This document shows, piece by piece, positions 1 through 10,614 of a stretch of 64,000 nucleotides of DNA. Within the stretch, counting starts at the first letter, position 1, and each line of letters starts with the position of its first letter. Below the pieces are notes generated by a model that was not told the DNA's origin, searched no databases, and saw only the letters and a program-made list of their open reading frames with translations. A program made the translations under genes and the position numbers. The stretch comes from Anthoceros angustus (taxonomy: Eukaryota > Plantae > Anthocerotophyta): contig MU008215.1 of NCBI GenBank assembly GCA_010909165.1, forward strand, positions 248,001 through 312,000, given 5' to 3'.

Positions 1-332
1 ACACGATGTATCGGTCCATAAAGGATGTGGTGAACTGGAAGATGCACGCCAGGTTTTTGACAGCATGGCCACAAAGGATGTGGGACACCCTAAATTGTCT
101 AGAGCTCCTTGGATCTCGAAAGAGAAAAAGGATTGAGTTAAACATTGTCTTTATTGCAAGGAAGAAGATTTGGGCAGCTCTTGCGGAGATCATGTCAAGA
201 TGGTACGTCGCATGTTTGCAAATGTGGTGAACTGGAAGATGCACGCCAGGTTTTTGACAGCATGGCCACAAAGGATGTGGTGAACTGGAAGATGCACGCC
301 AGGTTTTTGACAGCATGGCCACAAAGGATGTG
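1..332 (+). other. Mosaic of short PPR S/P-motif fragments and MULE fragments
   Basis: gtggtgaactggaagatgcacgccaggtttttgacagcatggccacaaaggatgtg (PPR, same as in the genes further on) occurs 3 times. It is interleaved with pieces matching MULE sequence at 838-910 (+) and about 2854-2880 (-). Confidence 0.6.
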
Positions 333-1800
333 TTGAACATGAAGCGACAAGTGGAAGCGGGTGAGTGGAAACTAGACCGATGATGTAAAGTCCCGAGATG
401 TGGCTCAAAGTGAATGCCGACCTTATCTTCCATAGATCGTAACCTCGTGAACCTTTTGTTTTAGGGTTGCAAACTCCTTTCATGCGGCAGATGTTCATCA
501 AGCATGATAACAATAGTGTTTTAGCCATGGACGCCACATTTGGTATGAACAAGTATAGGTACTACTTATTTACGGTGATGGTTTTTGATCAACACCTTAA
601 TGGTATTCCAGTTGCTTGGGCACAGGAGCCTACTATACTTTCTTTGGTGTCATGGTTGACGCAGCTCCGGCATGTCGCTCTTACAACATGTGCAACATGG
701 GTCCCTAGTTGCTTCCTAGTTGATGATTGTTTAGCAGAGATAGGTGCCTTTAAACAGATATGGGGGGCCAACATACATGTTGTGTTGTGTCTATGGCATG
801 TAAGGAAGGCCAAACCTTTTAAAGAAGGTAAAGTGCATTATTGCAAGGAAGAAGATTTGGGCAGCTCATGATTATGTAGAGGCCATAATACGCAAGATGG
901 TACTGTCGCATGGGGTAAGGTATTGTTAGAGTTCTTCTACAAGGAGTGGCATGGAAGTCAACTAGCCTTTGTTGAGTATTTCAAGAAGCATTGGGGTGAC
1001 TCTATAGGTATTATTCTTTGCCCAAAGTGCACTAGTTTTTTGTGAAGGGTTGCTTGAATGGATGTTCACATGGTGTCGGTGTGTGTAATAATGTTTCGCA
1101 TTTCTTTATGCCATAGTGGTTGAAGAAGCAGGATCTTTCCCATCCGGACAAGATACCACATCCGCCTCTGAGGCCTTTCATCGATTCTTGAAGGAAAAGT
1201 ATCTTTTACCAAGCGCGTTGCGGAAGGCGTATGGATTGGCTTCGCATCAACTTGTGAACGAGGTAGCACGACACTGGTACCTTGATTTCACCAAAATTTG
1301 GAGGTTACAAGCGAATTTAAAACTCGAGAAGGTATATGAGCATGTTTTGTCTGCGAGCACCATCCTGCATTGGCCGTCATATTCTGCCTATAGTTGGGTC
1401 TTTGCTGCATAGCATGACCTCCGAGGATAGTGACAAGGTTCGCCATCCGCCCTCGGAGGAGGCGAGGCCGAGGGGCAGGCGAGGCCGAGGGGCAGGCGAG
1501 GCCGAGGGGCAGGCGAGGCCGAGGGGCAGGCGAGGCCGAGGGGCAGGCGAGGCCGAGGGGCAGGCGAGGCCGGGAGGGCTTGAGGACAGGCGAGGCCGAG
1601 GCGCCTGGGCGAGGCCGAGGGGCAGGCGAGGCCGAGGGGCAGGCGAGGCCGAGGGGCAGGCGAGGCGCTTGTCGTTGGTGAAGGAAGCGGAGGAACGAGA
1701 TGGGTGCCAAAATCAGAGATCATTTGCGGTATTCTTGAGAAAGAGAAGCATGCCCCATTCCCACAATGTGGGCAGAAATGTTGAATAGGATGTTGCACCA
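333..1800 (+). mobile_element. Mutator-like (MULE) transposase core, frameshifted
   Basis: ORF 467-871 has MDATFGMNKYRYYLFTVMVFD...GIPVAW...FLVDD...LCLWHV, the MULE DDE core. It continues in frameshifted pieces (YFKKHW, TTSASEAFHRFLK) to about 1430. Confidence 0.8.
1461..1666 (+). repeat. 17-bp GC-rich tandem repeat (gaggccgaggggcaggc)n, about 11-12 units
   Basis: Directly visible; one degenerate unit near 1570-1610. Confidence 0.9.
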
Positions 1801-2099
1801 ATCGATAGGACTAAGCAGAACCTTGCCCACACGGTTGTATGCATATACTTGTTTTGCGCTCGGATTGGGTATTATGATAATTTGTGAAACATGCTAGTGA
1901 AGGAGTCCAGGCTATACAAGGCCAGACATAGTCTGAACAAATTTCTCAGCCCTCGATTGCAAAATTCCTCAGCCCTCAGCCCAATTTCTCAGCCCTCGGT
2001 TGCAAATGTATAAGAGGCTGCACTCATACACACAAGCCTTTACAGACTTCACCAAACAGAAACAAGCCTTCAACGATGACAAAACAAAGGCATCACAAA

Positions 2100-3070
2100 G
2101 TAAACATTTTTTTCTTCTTCGGTCTTGAGCGTTCTTCAATGCCCTTGAAACGCACTAACCGGTTGGTCCCGTCATTCGGAACAAACTCCTCTAATACCGG
2201 TTTACTGCTTGAGGCCTTGTCCACCTAAGCTGCAACCTCCCTAATATGATGTTGTGCTTGTTCCATTATTGCGCAGACCTCAAACAAAATAGCAGGCTTG
2301 GCTTCCACAATGCTTGGAATACCCATGCAGATTGCATCCAAGTCTCGACGTCGTTTCAGCTTCAACTCCTCCAAGCTACTTGGGTTGATGGGAAGAGGTG
2401 TGACCACAGCATTGCCGAATTGCGCCGTTGTATCCTGAACATGATTACCATGTGACATCTCATTCTCCGGAACAAGATTTAGGTCAGGTAATGTTCTTCC
2501 TTCTTTTTGTGCCCGAACATAAGATCCATTGGTATACCAAGCAAGGCAAAATAACTGAAAAGTATGTTCAAATATACCACATACCTGTTGCACCTTCACA
2601 ACATGTTTGCAAATGAATCCTTTCTGCCCCATCCCATAAGTACAAAGTGCCCATGGAAGGCCGAGGACGCGCCGTACCCTCCACGCCTTCTTCACGAAGG
2701 CAATCGCTCCTTGCCGTTAGTTTGAAACACCCCGCCGATTCATACTCCTCGCGCGCGGTTCTAAAATCAAGCATGGTTGGTTTACATCTCAACCTCGTTG
2801 TGGTGGGTGCGCATCGGGTTGTCGTCTTTGGGCAAAATATGGCAGTGACATCCTGTATGGACCGGTACATGGTGTTGTGTTTAAAGTATACCATGATGAG
2901 AGAGAATCGTGAGGGGCGAGACATGGCATGCCGCGCCAGATTTTACACGCGCGAAGCATTGATTGCTTCGGAGATTGAGACGCAGGCATGGTAAACGGTC
3001 TATGCCAGATGCATCTCAAACGTGCGGGCTATGCATGTGTTGTCCGTCTATAGTGACTCGATAAAAAGGA
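2100..3070 (-). mobile_element. MULE transposase C-terminal part with SWIM zinc finger
   Basis: ORF 2225-2695(-) contains LCTYGMGQKGFICKHVVKV, a CxC-x(n)-CxH SWIM pattern with the second Cys degenerate. Confidence 0.65.
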
Positions 3071-3875
3071 CGTGCTCACCTACATATGGGCTATTCTAAA
3101 TCGATGGTGATTTAATACAAAAGGACGTGCTCACATACGCATGGGTTATTCTAGAGTCAATCCCTCAAGCATGCGGTATAGTTTCTCACAATCCCTCTAG
3201 CATATGATACAGTTTCCCACAACGTCATGGGCTATGCTACAGCTGCAAATAGTAAGAGGCCAAGGCAAGCATCAACATCCTCCACATCAGCTTGCATTGC
3301 ACACACATGACCAAGAGGTGTTGTGCGATCGAGAGTCGTCGTACCAATCACGGTGTGGCGAAGGCGACCTTTAATTTTGAGGGAACAAGCGCTTGAGCAA
3401 GTCAGTACCAATCACCAGAGGGGTGGCCAGAAGGCCGAGATAGTGGGCTGAGGGAACAAGCGCTTGGCTTGCTCCTGTATGGAATCCCATTGCATAGAAA
3501 ATAAATGTACAGAATCCCATTGCATACTGAATTGAAAACTAATATATAAGGGTGACTAAGGTATCCCCTCACATGCCTACGTTATGGCTACAGCCTCGTA
3601 ACTTGTAAAAGTCCACATCTCCCCATAGTTGGCACACAGTTCCCTTGATGCCCGGCTTCGTATGCTTGAGCATTTATGGCTTGCCCAGCCTCCGAGAATG
3701 TTACATATATAGATATTACATATATAGATATTATATTGTGGATAAGGCTAAGCCAGTTATGGTTACCAAAATGTCGTTAGGGTTATATATAAAAAGAGAA
3801 CTCATAACTCAATTTTGTATTCAATCATTTTTATTGCAAGTTCTTCTTGGTAGTACGCTCCTTGCTAAATGAATA

Positions 3876-3888
3876 TGGTATCAGAGCC
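3876..3888 (+). promoter_or_regulatory. tRNA-iMet primer-binding site
   Basis: tggtatcagagcc immediately after an AT-rich LTR. Confidence 0.85.
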
Positions 3889-5714
3889 AGAATTGGCTGT
3901 TTTTAAGACATCCTGACGATGCCAAGACAGGGCCGTCCTAGTAGAGGTCCTCATCAAGGTAGCGGAAGCAAGTCCGAATTTTGACCTCTGATAGTTCGCC
4001 TGGTATGAAGAAGGGTCCTTTCTTATCGGAATGTCCCTGCCTGCTAACTTGCGCACGGCTCGAGCGCTTGTCCACAAAATTCCTCAGCTAGAGATAGGGA
4101 TAATCCTCTTCGTAGAGATCGAGAACTATTTCAACAATCAAGTACAGGGGTGAGGGCAAAGGTCGTCCTCCCCGTCTCCCGCGAGCGACCCAAGTCATAA
4201 TTTGGACCTCTAGCTACTACTTGACCTAATTCATGGCACTGTAGCTCCTCGTTCCCTGCATCGAAAATTAAATGTAGTCAGAGCACTTTTGACAAGTCTT
4301 ATGATGCCGTTACAAGAGTGGAGAAGACCCTTTCACATGTGCTTTCCAATCAGGAGTTGTTGAAGAACCAAGTAGAGGATATCAATTTCCTCTTAGGGAG
4401 CGCGATCTCTTCAACTTCTATGACAATTCAATAGCAAATTAGTGAAGTGGGTGATTTGATGGGAAAAGTCGAGCTTGAACGTCAATGAAAGGAAAGAAAT
4501 CACCTAACCTCGCCATCCGGCGTTGATCACAATAATCCCTGACTACATTTGCTGCACTGCGCAGGAGCGGCGAGAGTTGGGATGGCGAGAGGTGAGGCAC
4601 CGCGGGTCTTGTGAAATAGGGCTGGTGACTTGCCCATGTCAGCCAGGCGACCAATGAGCTCGGCGATATCTGCAATCCCTTGCATCCCCCTCTTCTCAAG
4701 AGAGATATCAACCGCCATGTCATTTCTTTGAACCGAGAATTGATGGTTAGATAGGGTTTCTTTTTGCAAACTAAGTAAAACAAAATGGAATGTTGTTGAA
4801 CCATTGCATTATGTAGGATGGTCACTTCCCTGTTTGATGGTTGACTCTTTGCTGCCTGCGAGGTCCATCTGCTTGCTAGGATGCTAGGAGGAGGTCGATG
4901 CTAAGGCAGGGCTAGGACAGTCACATACACACTCCTTGTGTATGCGTCCATCCCAGCATCGCCTCGCATTCCCCCTCCCTGCATCATGATAGTTACAGGT
5001 TTTCTAATCACATTTAGGCTAGAGTCAGGGCTTCTTCTTTGCGTCATAACTAATGGCACCTTCAAGAAACCTGATTTTGCCAGCAACCTCCTCCTACACA
5101 AGCAAACATGGATAAATGGAATCAACTAAATTCCACCGCTATAGCCTTGCTAATTAGTGGGCTACAAGCAGATCTCGTACCTGATGTCCAGTTTTTGCAG
5201 TGCCAAAGAAATTTGGGAGCATCTTGCTTCCATATACCGTTTTAAGAACATTCTTACCTATGTGCCGTCAGGCAAGAATTTTACGGGTTGCAAATGAGGG
5301 AGGGAGACAGAGTGGCTGTACACATCACCAATTTCCGCCATCTTCAATCCCAGATTATTGACCTGGGCTGCAAAATGGAAGAAGTGGAGGTCGTTGCCGA
5401 GCTACTTAGTAGCCTTCCCCCATCTTATCAGATTTTTGTCTTTTCTCAGAATGGCCTGATTCGTCTCGCTCAACAAACTGTGTCGTCTAGAGGCACCTCC
5501 ACACTCAAGCTCGCGGATGTGGTAGGCGCACTGTACTAGGAGGAGCAAGGAACGGATGTTAGCCTCTTGCGGACCTAAGGAGAAACAAGACAAAGTCCTT
5601 GCAGCACGCTTCAAAAACCAAGGGAGGCAAAGGCACATCACGTGGAGGATATGGGGACCATGGTGCAGGTTCTTCCTCTGAACAGCGTCTGAGTAGAAAG
5701 AGGTCTCTCCAGTG

Positions 5715-6958
5715 ACCCCTTTTCGCACACGGACTTCCACAAACCCCAAATTGCATGCTCAAAAATCCGCACTAAAAACGGCTGTTTTGGAGAGTTTAGG
5801 TCTTATTTACGCGTGCACAAACGTATTTGATTTTAAACTTTATCCAATTTTGAGCTTTCTTAAAAGAAGGTCATTCTCACAACCGGCACGTATACAAACA
5901 TTTAGAGTTTTTAGGGCTTGCTGTAATTCTGGTGCGCAAACTTGTTTGCGCACCAACCTTTCATTCATACCAGTCAATCTTAAGACTATACTCTCGCTCT
6001 GGGAAATTTACAGGACTTTATTTCTTAGACATTGGAACAATAATATCTTCGTTGACTTGATGCTCTTGATCGGCATGGAATGCGAGAATGAGAATGGCAT
6101 GGTTTGCACTTGGAGCTAGGCCCATGCCAAACGTCTCAAGATTCAAAAGATGCAAAAGGTTCTCACTACCAGTTCAAAGTTTTAACCACTAGAAAAAAGA
6201 TGAGGGCTGAGTAAAGATAAGAACATATCCACATTAGGGAGATGCACAAAAAAGGTTGAAAACGTCGAAAGGAACCATTTAAAACAACAAAATATCAAAA
6301 AATACCCAAAAATTCAAAAGAATATCAAAATTTTTGGACTTTTTTGGGATTTTTTGCTCTTTTTTCCATTGGATGAACCGTCTGGGAATGCACTAGAAGG
6401 CATGAACCATATGGGTCCATGCTCCTAGGCCCTTCTTGACCTTAGGTGCGCGCACCTGGGCCCCCTTGCCCCTTGGTGCACGCACTTGTTCACCCAGCTA
6501 GGCCCTCCTGGTATGTTTGACGATAACCCGGAACTAGGTCACCGCCGAAAGAGACGGAAATACCATAAAGGATAAAAAGGGGATAGGGTGTTCTTCGTCG
6601 CATTCGGGCATAGGATAGATGTATGAGAGCAGTCTAGGTGAACCTCCTCCGATGTCTACTACTTGCTATTTCGTCGGCAATTCCGGCATATCCTCAGACC
6701 TCCAAAAGGACATGTTTCCCCATTAGAAGATCATCTATTGCGTTCTTTTTGCACAGTGCGCGCACAAGTTTGCACATAGCGTTGTACCAAGCGCGCACTT
6801 GTGCGCGCCTAGGCCCCCCTGGAATACAAAAACATAGAGAACCACACAAAATGCAGAAACTACGGACATGACGAATTAATGGAACAATGAGGTCACTAAC
6901 CCTTCATCACGCCGACTAAATCGCCATGAATCTAATTAGAAGGCGCCAACTTGGTGTA
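5715..6958. other. Unclassified ~1.25 kb non-coding insertion within copia F gag
   Basis: gag-like reading stops near 5710 and resumes near 6960. The block has no recognisable protein motif, TIR or TSD. Confidence 0.4.
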
Positions 6959-7206
6959 AATGACTTGATAGGAAGTGGAACTGGAGCTGAGAATGCCAGA
7001 AACTGATGGATGAACACCTACAAAAAACAACAAAAACCAAACCAACTTGAGTTTTTGGCAAAATAGGGTTGGGATTTTTACCAAAACCCCTTTTGATAGG
7101 AGAAACCCCTTTCTACATGAGTCTCCACCAAAAAGGACAAGGAACTGCAACTAGTGTGATGTTGCCGGCCATTGGGCATGCGAGTACCATAAGAAGAAGG
7201 TAGGAG

Positions 7207-9080
7207 TGACAAAGTAGCCCTCAAGTATAAACTGTTTTCAGCACAGGAGCATGCTAGAGGGTGATTCCATGAGATGGAGAGAATAACGAATGAATTAAGT
7301 AGAGAACAAAATTGTATATGTACATGAGTAACCTAACTAACTCTAAACATAAGTTATATCATTAACCTTGATAATTTATATATCCTCAACACTCCCACTT
7401 AACCTGGAAGGGTTAAACCGAAGCACTGAATAGCATGAGAGTGACGAGACTATCACGAGAACGCTGTTGAGTGCAAGCCAGCTAACAAAGCGTACAAGCA
7501 TGATGGCGGTGGAGATGGCCGAAGAAGAGGTGATGAACACCAAAGGAGTGCTCATGCTAGTTGTTGCAGCTATCGCCGTGATGGTAGCACTCGACATTGT
7601 GCAAAGGATGGCTCGAACAAAGAACTATGGACTGCCCAGCCAGCGGAAGAGGCCAAAGATGGCAAAGGTGGAAACAGGACAGTCCAGCTCTCATCCCGAC
7701 CATTAGCGGCTGTGACTAGAGTCGGCAAGCGAAGCACCACCATCTGCAAAAGAAAAACACCTCACCACAACAGACAGAAACTTGTTGTGGCACGTGTAGG
7801 CTGCCATGGATAAGTGCGATAAGCTGAAAGATATTCTCCACGCATCAAGTGCAAAAGAAGCGGAACTGGAGGAATTGTTGACGTTTCCGCCAAGCCCATA
7901 TGCCAAAGGTCAAATGCTCACCAATATTGAGTATAAAGATATAATCCAAGGTCTCATCACACTACAACAAGTAGGGGGGTCTAGTAACAGTAAGAGTAAC
8001 ATTCCCGTTCACGGTCTGCAAAGGCGTTACAAAAATCCCACATTCCCTACTCACCAGGTGCATGGGCAAGGGTGGTCTATGGTACCGGGTTAATTGATCA
8101 CTTGCGGCTATGACATGAGGAAGGCGACTGTCACGCTGAAGAAGAAGGGCCGTGAAGAGGACTCCCACTGAAGGTAGGGAAACTGCAAAAGAACTACTAC
8201 CTGAAGCTCGGGATTGTGTATTCTGTTGGAGTTTCATCCACTGAGCAGCTGACAAACACATGCTAGTGTATAGGGCATGGCGAACAAGGCCAGGGTGCAG
8301 GTGTAGGATCAACGAAGCAAATTAGGGGCCTTGTTTCATATGGGCCATGCTAGGAAGTTGGTGTGAGAAGGCTGGAGTAATCTATCAAGCCAAGACCTTC
8401 TACATGAATGTAATGCTTATGCTTGGGAAGTGATTTAGTCAAAATATTTGTTGTGTTGGCATCTATGTGAACATAAGTGGGCTGCATAATACCTCTTGTT
8501 GTAACATCTCTAACATAATGGTGTTGTATTTCAATGTGTTTGGTCCTGGCATGGACTTTGGAGCGCTCAATTAACAAGGGCTAGGGCTGATTGGTTATCA
8601 CAAAACAGAATGGTAGATGCTGCTTGTGCTGCATTCACAAAGGTTAGAACAGCTCGCTCCCATTCAACTTCTTTGGCTGCATGTGTCAAGCATTTATACT
8701 CTGCTTCAGTGCTAGAGAGGGCAATACTTGTCTACTTTTTGCAAGCCCAATTAACAGCAGCATAAGATAAGAGGAAGGCATAGGTGGATAGGCTCTTACG
8801 TGAATCGCCATCGCATGCCCAATCCGCATCAGCAAAACCATGTAAGGTAGGGGCTAATCCTGTTCTTTTGCAGCATAGACCAAGGTAGTGGGTACCCTTC
8901 AAGTATCTAAAAACACGCTTGACTGCTTCCAATGATTGCGGCCAGGGTTCTCTAAAAACTGTGAAGCATTGTTAACAGAGTACATGATGTCCGGTCAACA
9001 TGGTAATATTTGAAGGGGCTGAATATACATCAAGCGGCTTCATAGGCCAATATATTCTGAACGGGGTTTGTGATGGGTAT
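7207..9080 (-). mobile_element. Ty1/copia family D, 3' part (RT end, RNase H, 3' region, PPT, 3' LTR)
   Basis: ADADWACDGDSRKS...WACKK and HARTKHIEIQHHY...NILTKSL (RNase H). PPT at 7392-7400 (aagtgggag on -). LTR TGTTGAGG...TTTGTCA at 7207-7391. Confidence 0.85.
7467..8093 (+). pseudogene. Antisense 3' ORF of copia D (hydrophobic N-terminus, MARTK motif, coiled coil), three in-frame stops
   Basis: ORFs 7467-7706 and 7806-8093 are in the same frame. They are separated by TAG, TGA and TAG codons. Homologous to ORF 24306-24785. Confidence 0.65.
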
Positions 9081-9934
9081 CAAATCGGTTCTATGCTACA
9101 TTGATAGCGGAAAACACCAAAAAAATTATGGTGTACAACATATGGATAATAGGATCCATGGATGACGTTTGAGACAAGAATGGTCTGCACGCCGACACAA
9201 TACATGATTCCAAGGGAATGGAGACCCATGTCGTAACAAAGTGCATAGAAGCAGAACTTATGAAGACGTGGGCTATAGTAATTGTGGTATTTATGTACGT
9301 CGTCATGTTCTTGCCAACCCATAAACTATAATGCATGCACTTTCAGAAAAGGGAATCCATCGGATGAACACCTCGCAAAATACAGGATACCGTATTCTTA
9401 GTCGGGTGAGAGGGTAAGGGCGCCGGCATGCCGGCGCACTAACGCCATGTTCACTTGCTTATTCGAATATGCAAAGACAAAGGGGCCGCCAGTCTGCCCA
9501 AAGCGATGCAATAGTGAACTGAATTCTTTGTCTGCTTGGTCCACATGGGCGGAGCAACTTAGTTTTTATCCCCGCGTATCCTGTTTTTTGAGCAACACGC
9601 CTCAAACTAGGGTTGGGGAAACTATGTGTGATGAACCCTAAGGATTGGGGATATCTACTTCACTGCGAGAATGTTCAATGAAGGAAGGGATCCGTTTCAT
9701 GTAGTGGGGGCCCCGCATGCCGTTCCCAATAACATATTCTTTTTTATACGGGAGATCCTAAATTCACTCACAATCTGATACTACGCTCGCGTCTTCCCAT
9801 TGAACCTTATAGGAGACAACACCATCCAATAGATCTTACTTATCTTGCACCAATCAACAAAATAACCTCCTCACTCTTCGCCTGACTCTAAACCTTCTTC
9901 CTCGATCATGATTACTTCATCACCATCATCCTCG

Positions 9935-10609
9935 CTATCGATAGGTGCATCTAGGGTGGAGGGTACGATGTGAGGACGAAGAGCACTCAATTTCTCTCTG
10001 ATCGCTTTCTTGTGCTTTTGAAGGGAAGTATGTAGGGGAATACTTTCTCAGGTCTGATAGCGACATAGCAGCACCTGTGAAAGGCGAGGCGGAAACAGGT
10101 TTCAGGCCTTCGAACATCTAGAAGCTTTTCGTTTGCAAAACCATTATTGTGTATTATGGGTTCAAGCTGACATTGAGGAAACATCTTTCAGCGGCGTTGA
10201 GGTGGATGCCAACAACCTTGGCCACCCAGAACGCCCTGTTGTGAGTGTCACCCTCACAATACGCTACAATGAATATACCTTTTTTAATCTCCATGATGTC
10301 ACCATTCATCCTCTCCACTTCCTCTTCACGTCGTTCAACGTTTTGATATGCTCCCAGGTGTATGTCTCGTTGTGGTACATCCCGCAATAATGCTTCATCC
10401 AGGAGAGCTTCCTCCGGAACCTGCAAGGGAGGCACATTTGCTTCTGCCGCTCCCCTATCGTACCGATACCACGGGTTTTTCAAAACAAGCCCGATGTTAT
10501 GGTCCACAATCATTGCGATCCCCTCTTGATCCTTCCAGAATTCATCCCTTCGTACTCGGTAATTACACTTTGCTAGTGGTCTTACCATTGTAAATGTAGA
10601 AGGTAGCAC
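9935..10609 (-). pseudogene. Degenerate coding fragment of unknown family (possibly a DNA transposon ORF)
   Basis: 151-aa ORF with protein-like composition and GIFIVAYCEGD...FWVAKVVGI motif, continuing in other frames. Truncated by copia A at about 10610. Confidence 0.35.
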
Positions 10610-10614
10610 ATTGG

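Larger units (their letters stand above)
3699..7206 (+). mobile_element. Ty1/copia family F, 5' part (5' LTR, PBS, long leader, gag), interrupted and truncated
   Basis: LTR from TG at 3699 to 3875, PBS tggtatcagagcc at 3876-3888. gag AKEIWEHL...LQMREGDRVAVHITNFRHL...LLSSLPPSY at 5200-5560. Zinc-knuckle remnant CN*CDVAGHW at about 7145-7185. Confidence 0.75.

Noticed and set aside
1288-1801. Overlapping ORFs with RPRGRRGRGAGEAEGQA repeats
   Set aside because: Translation of the 17-bp tandem repeat.
5700-5740. Possible Helitron 3' end (CTGG on minus strand)
   Set aside because: No convincing subterminal hairpin or matching 5' TC/AT insertion signature.
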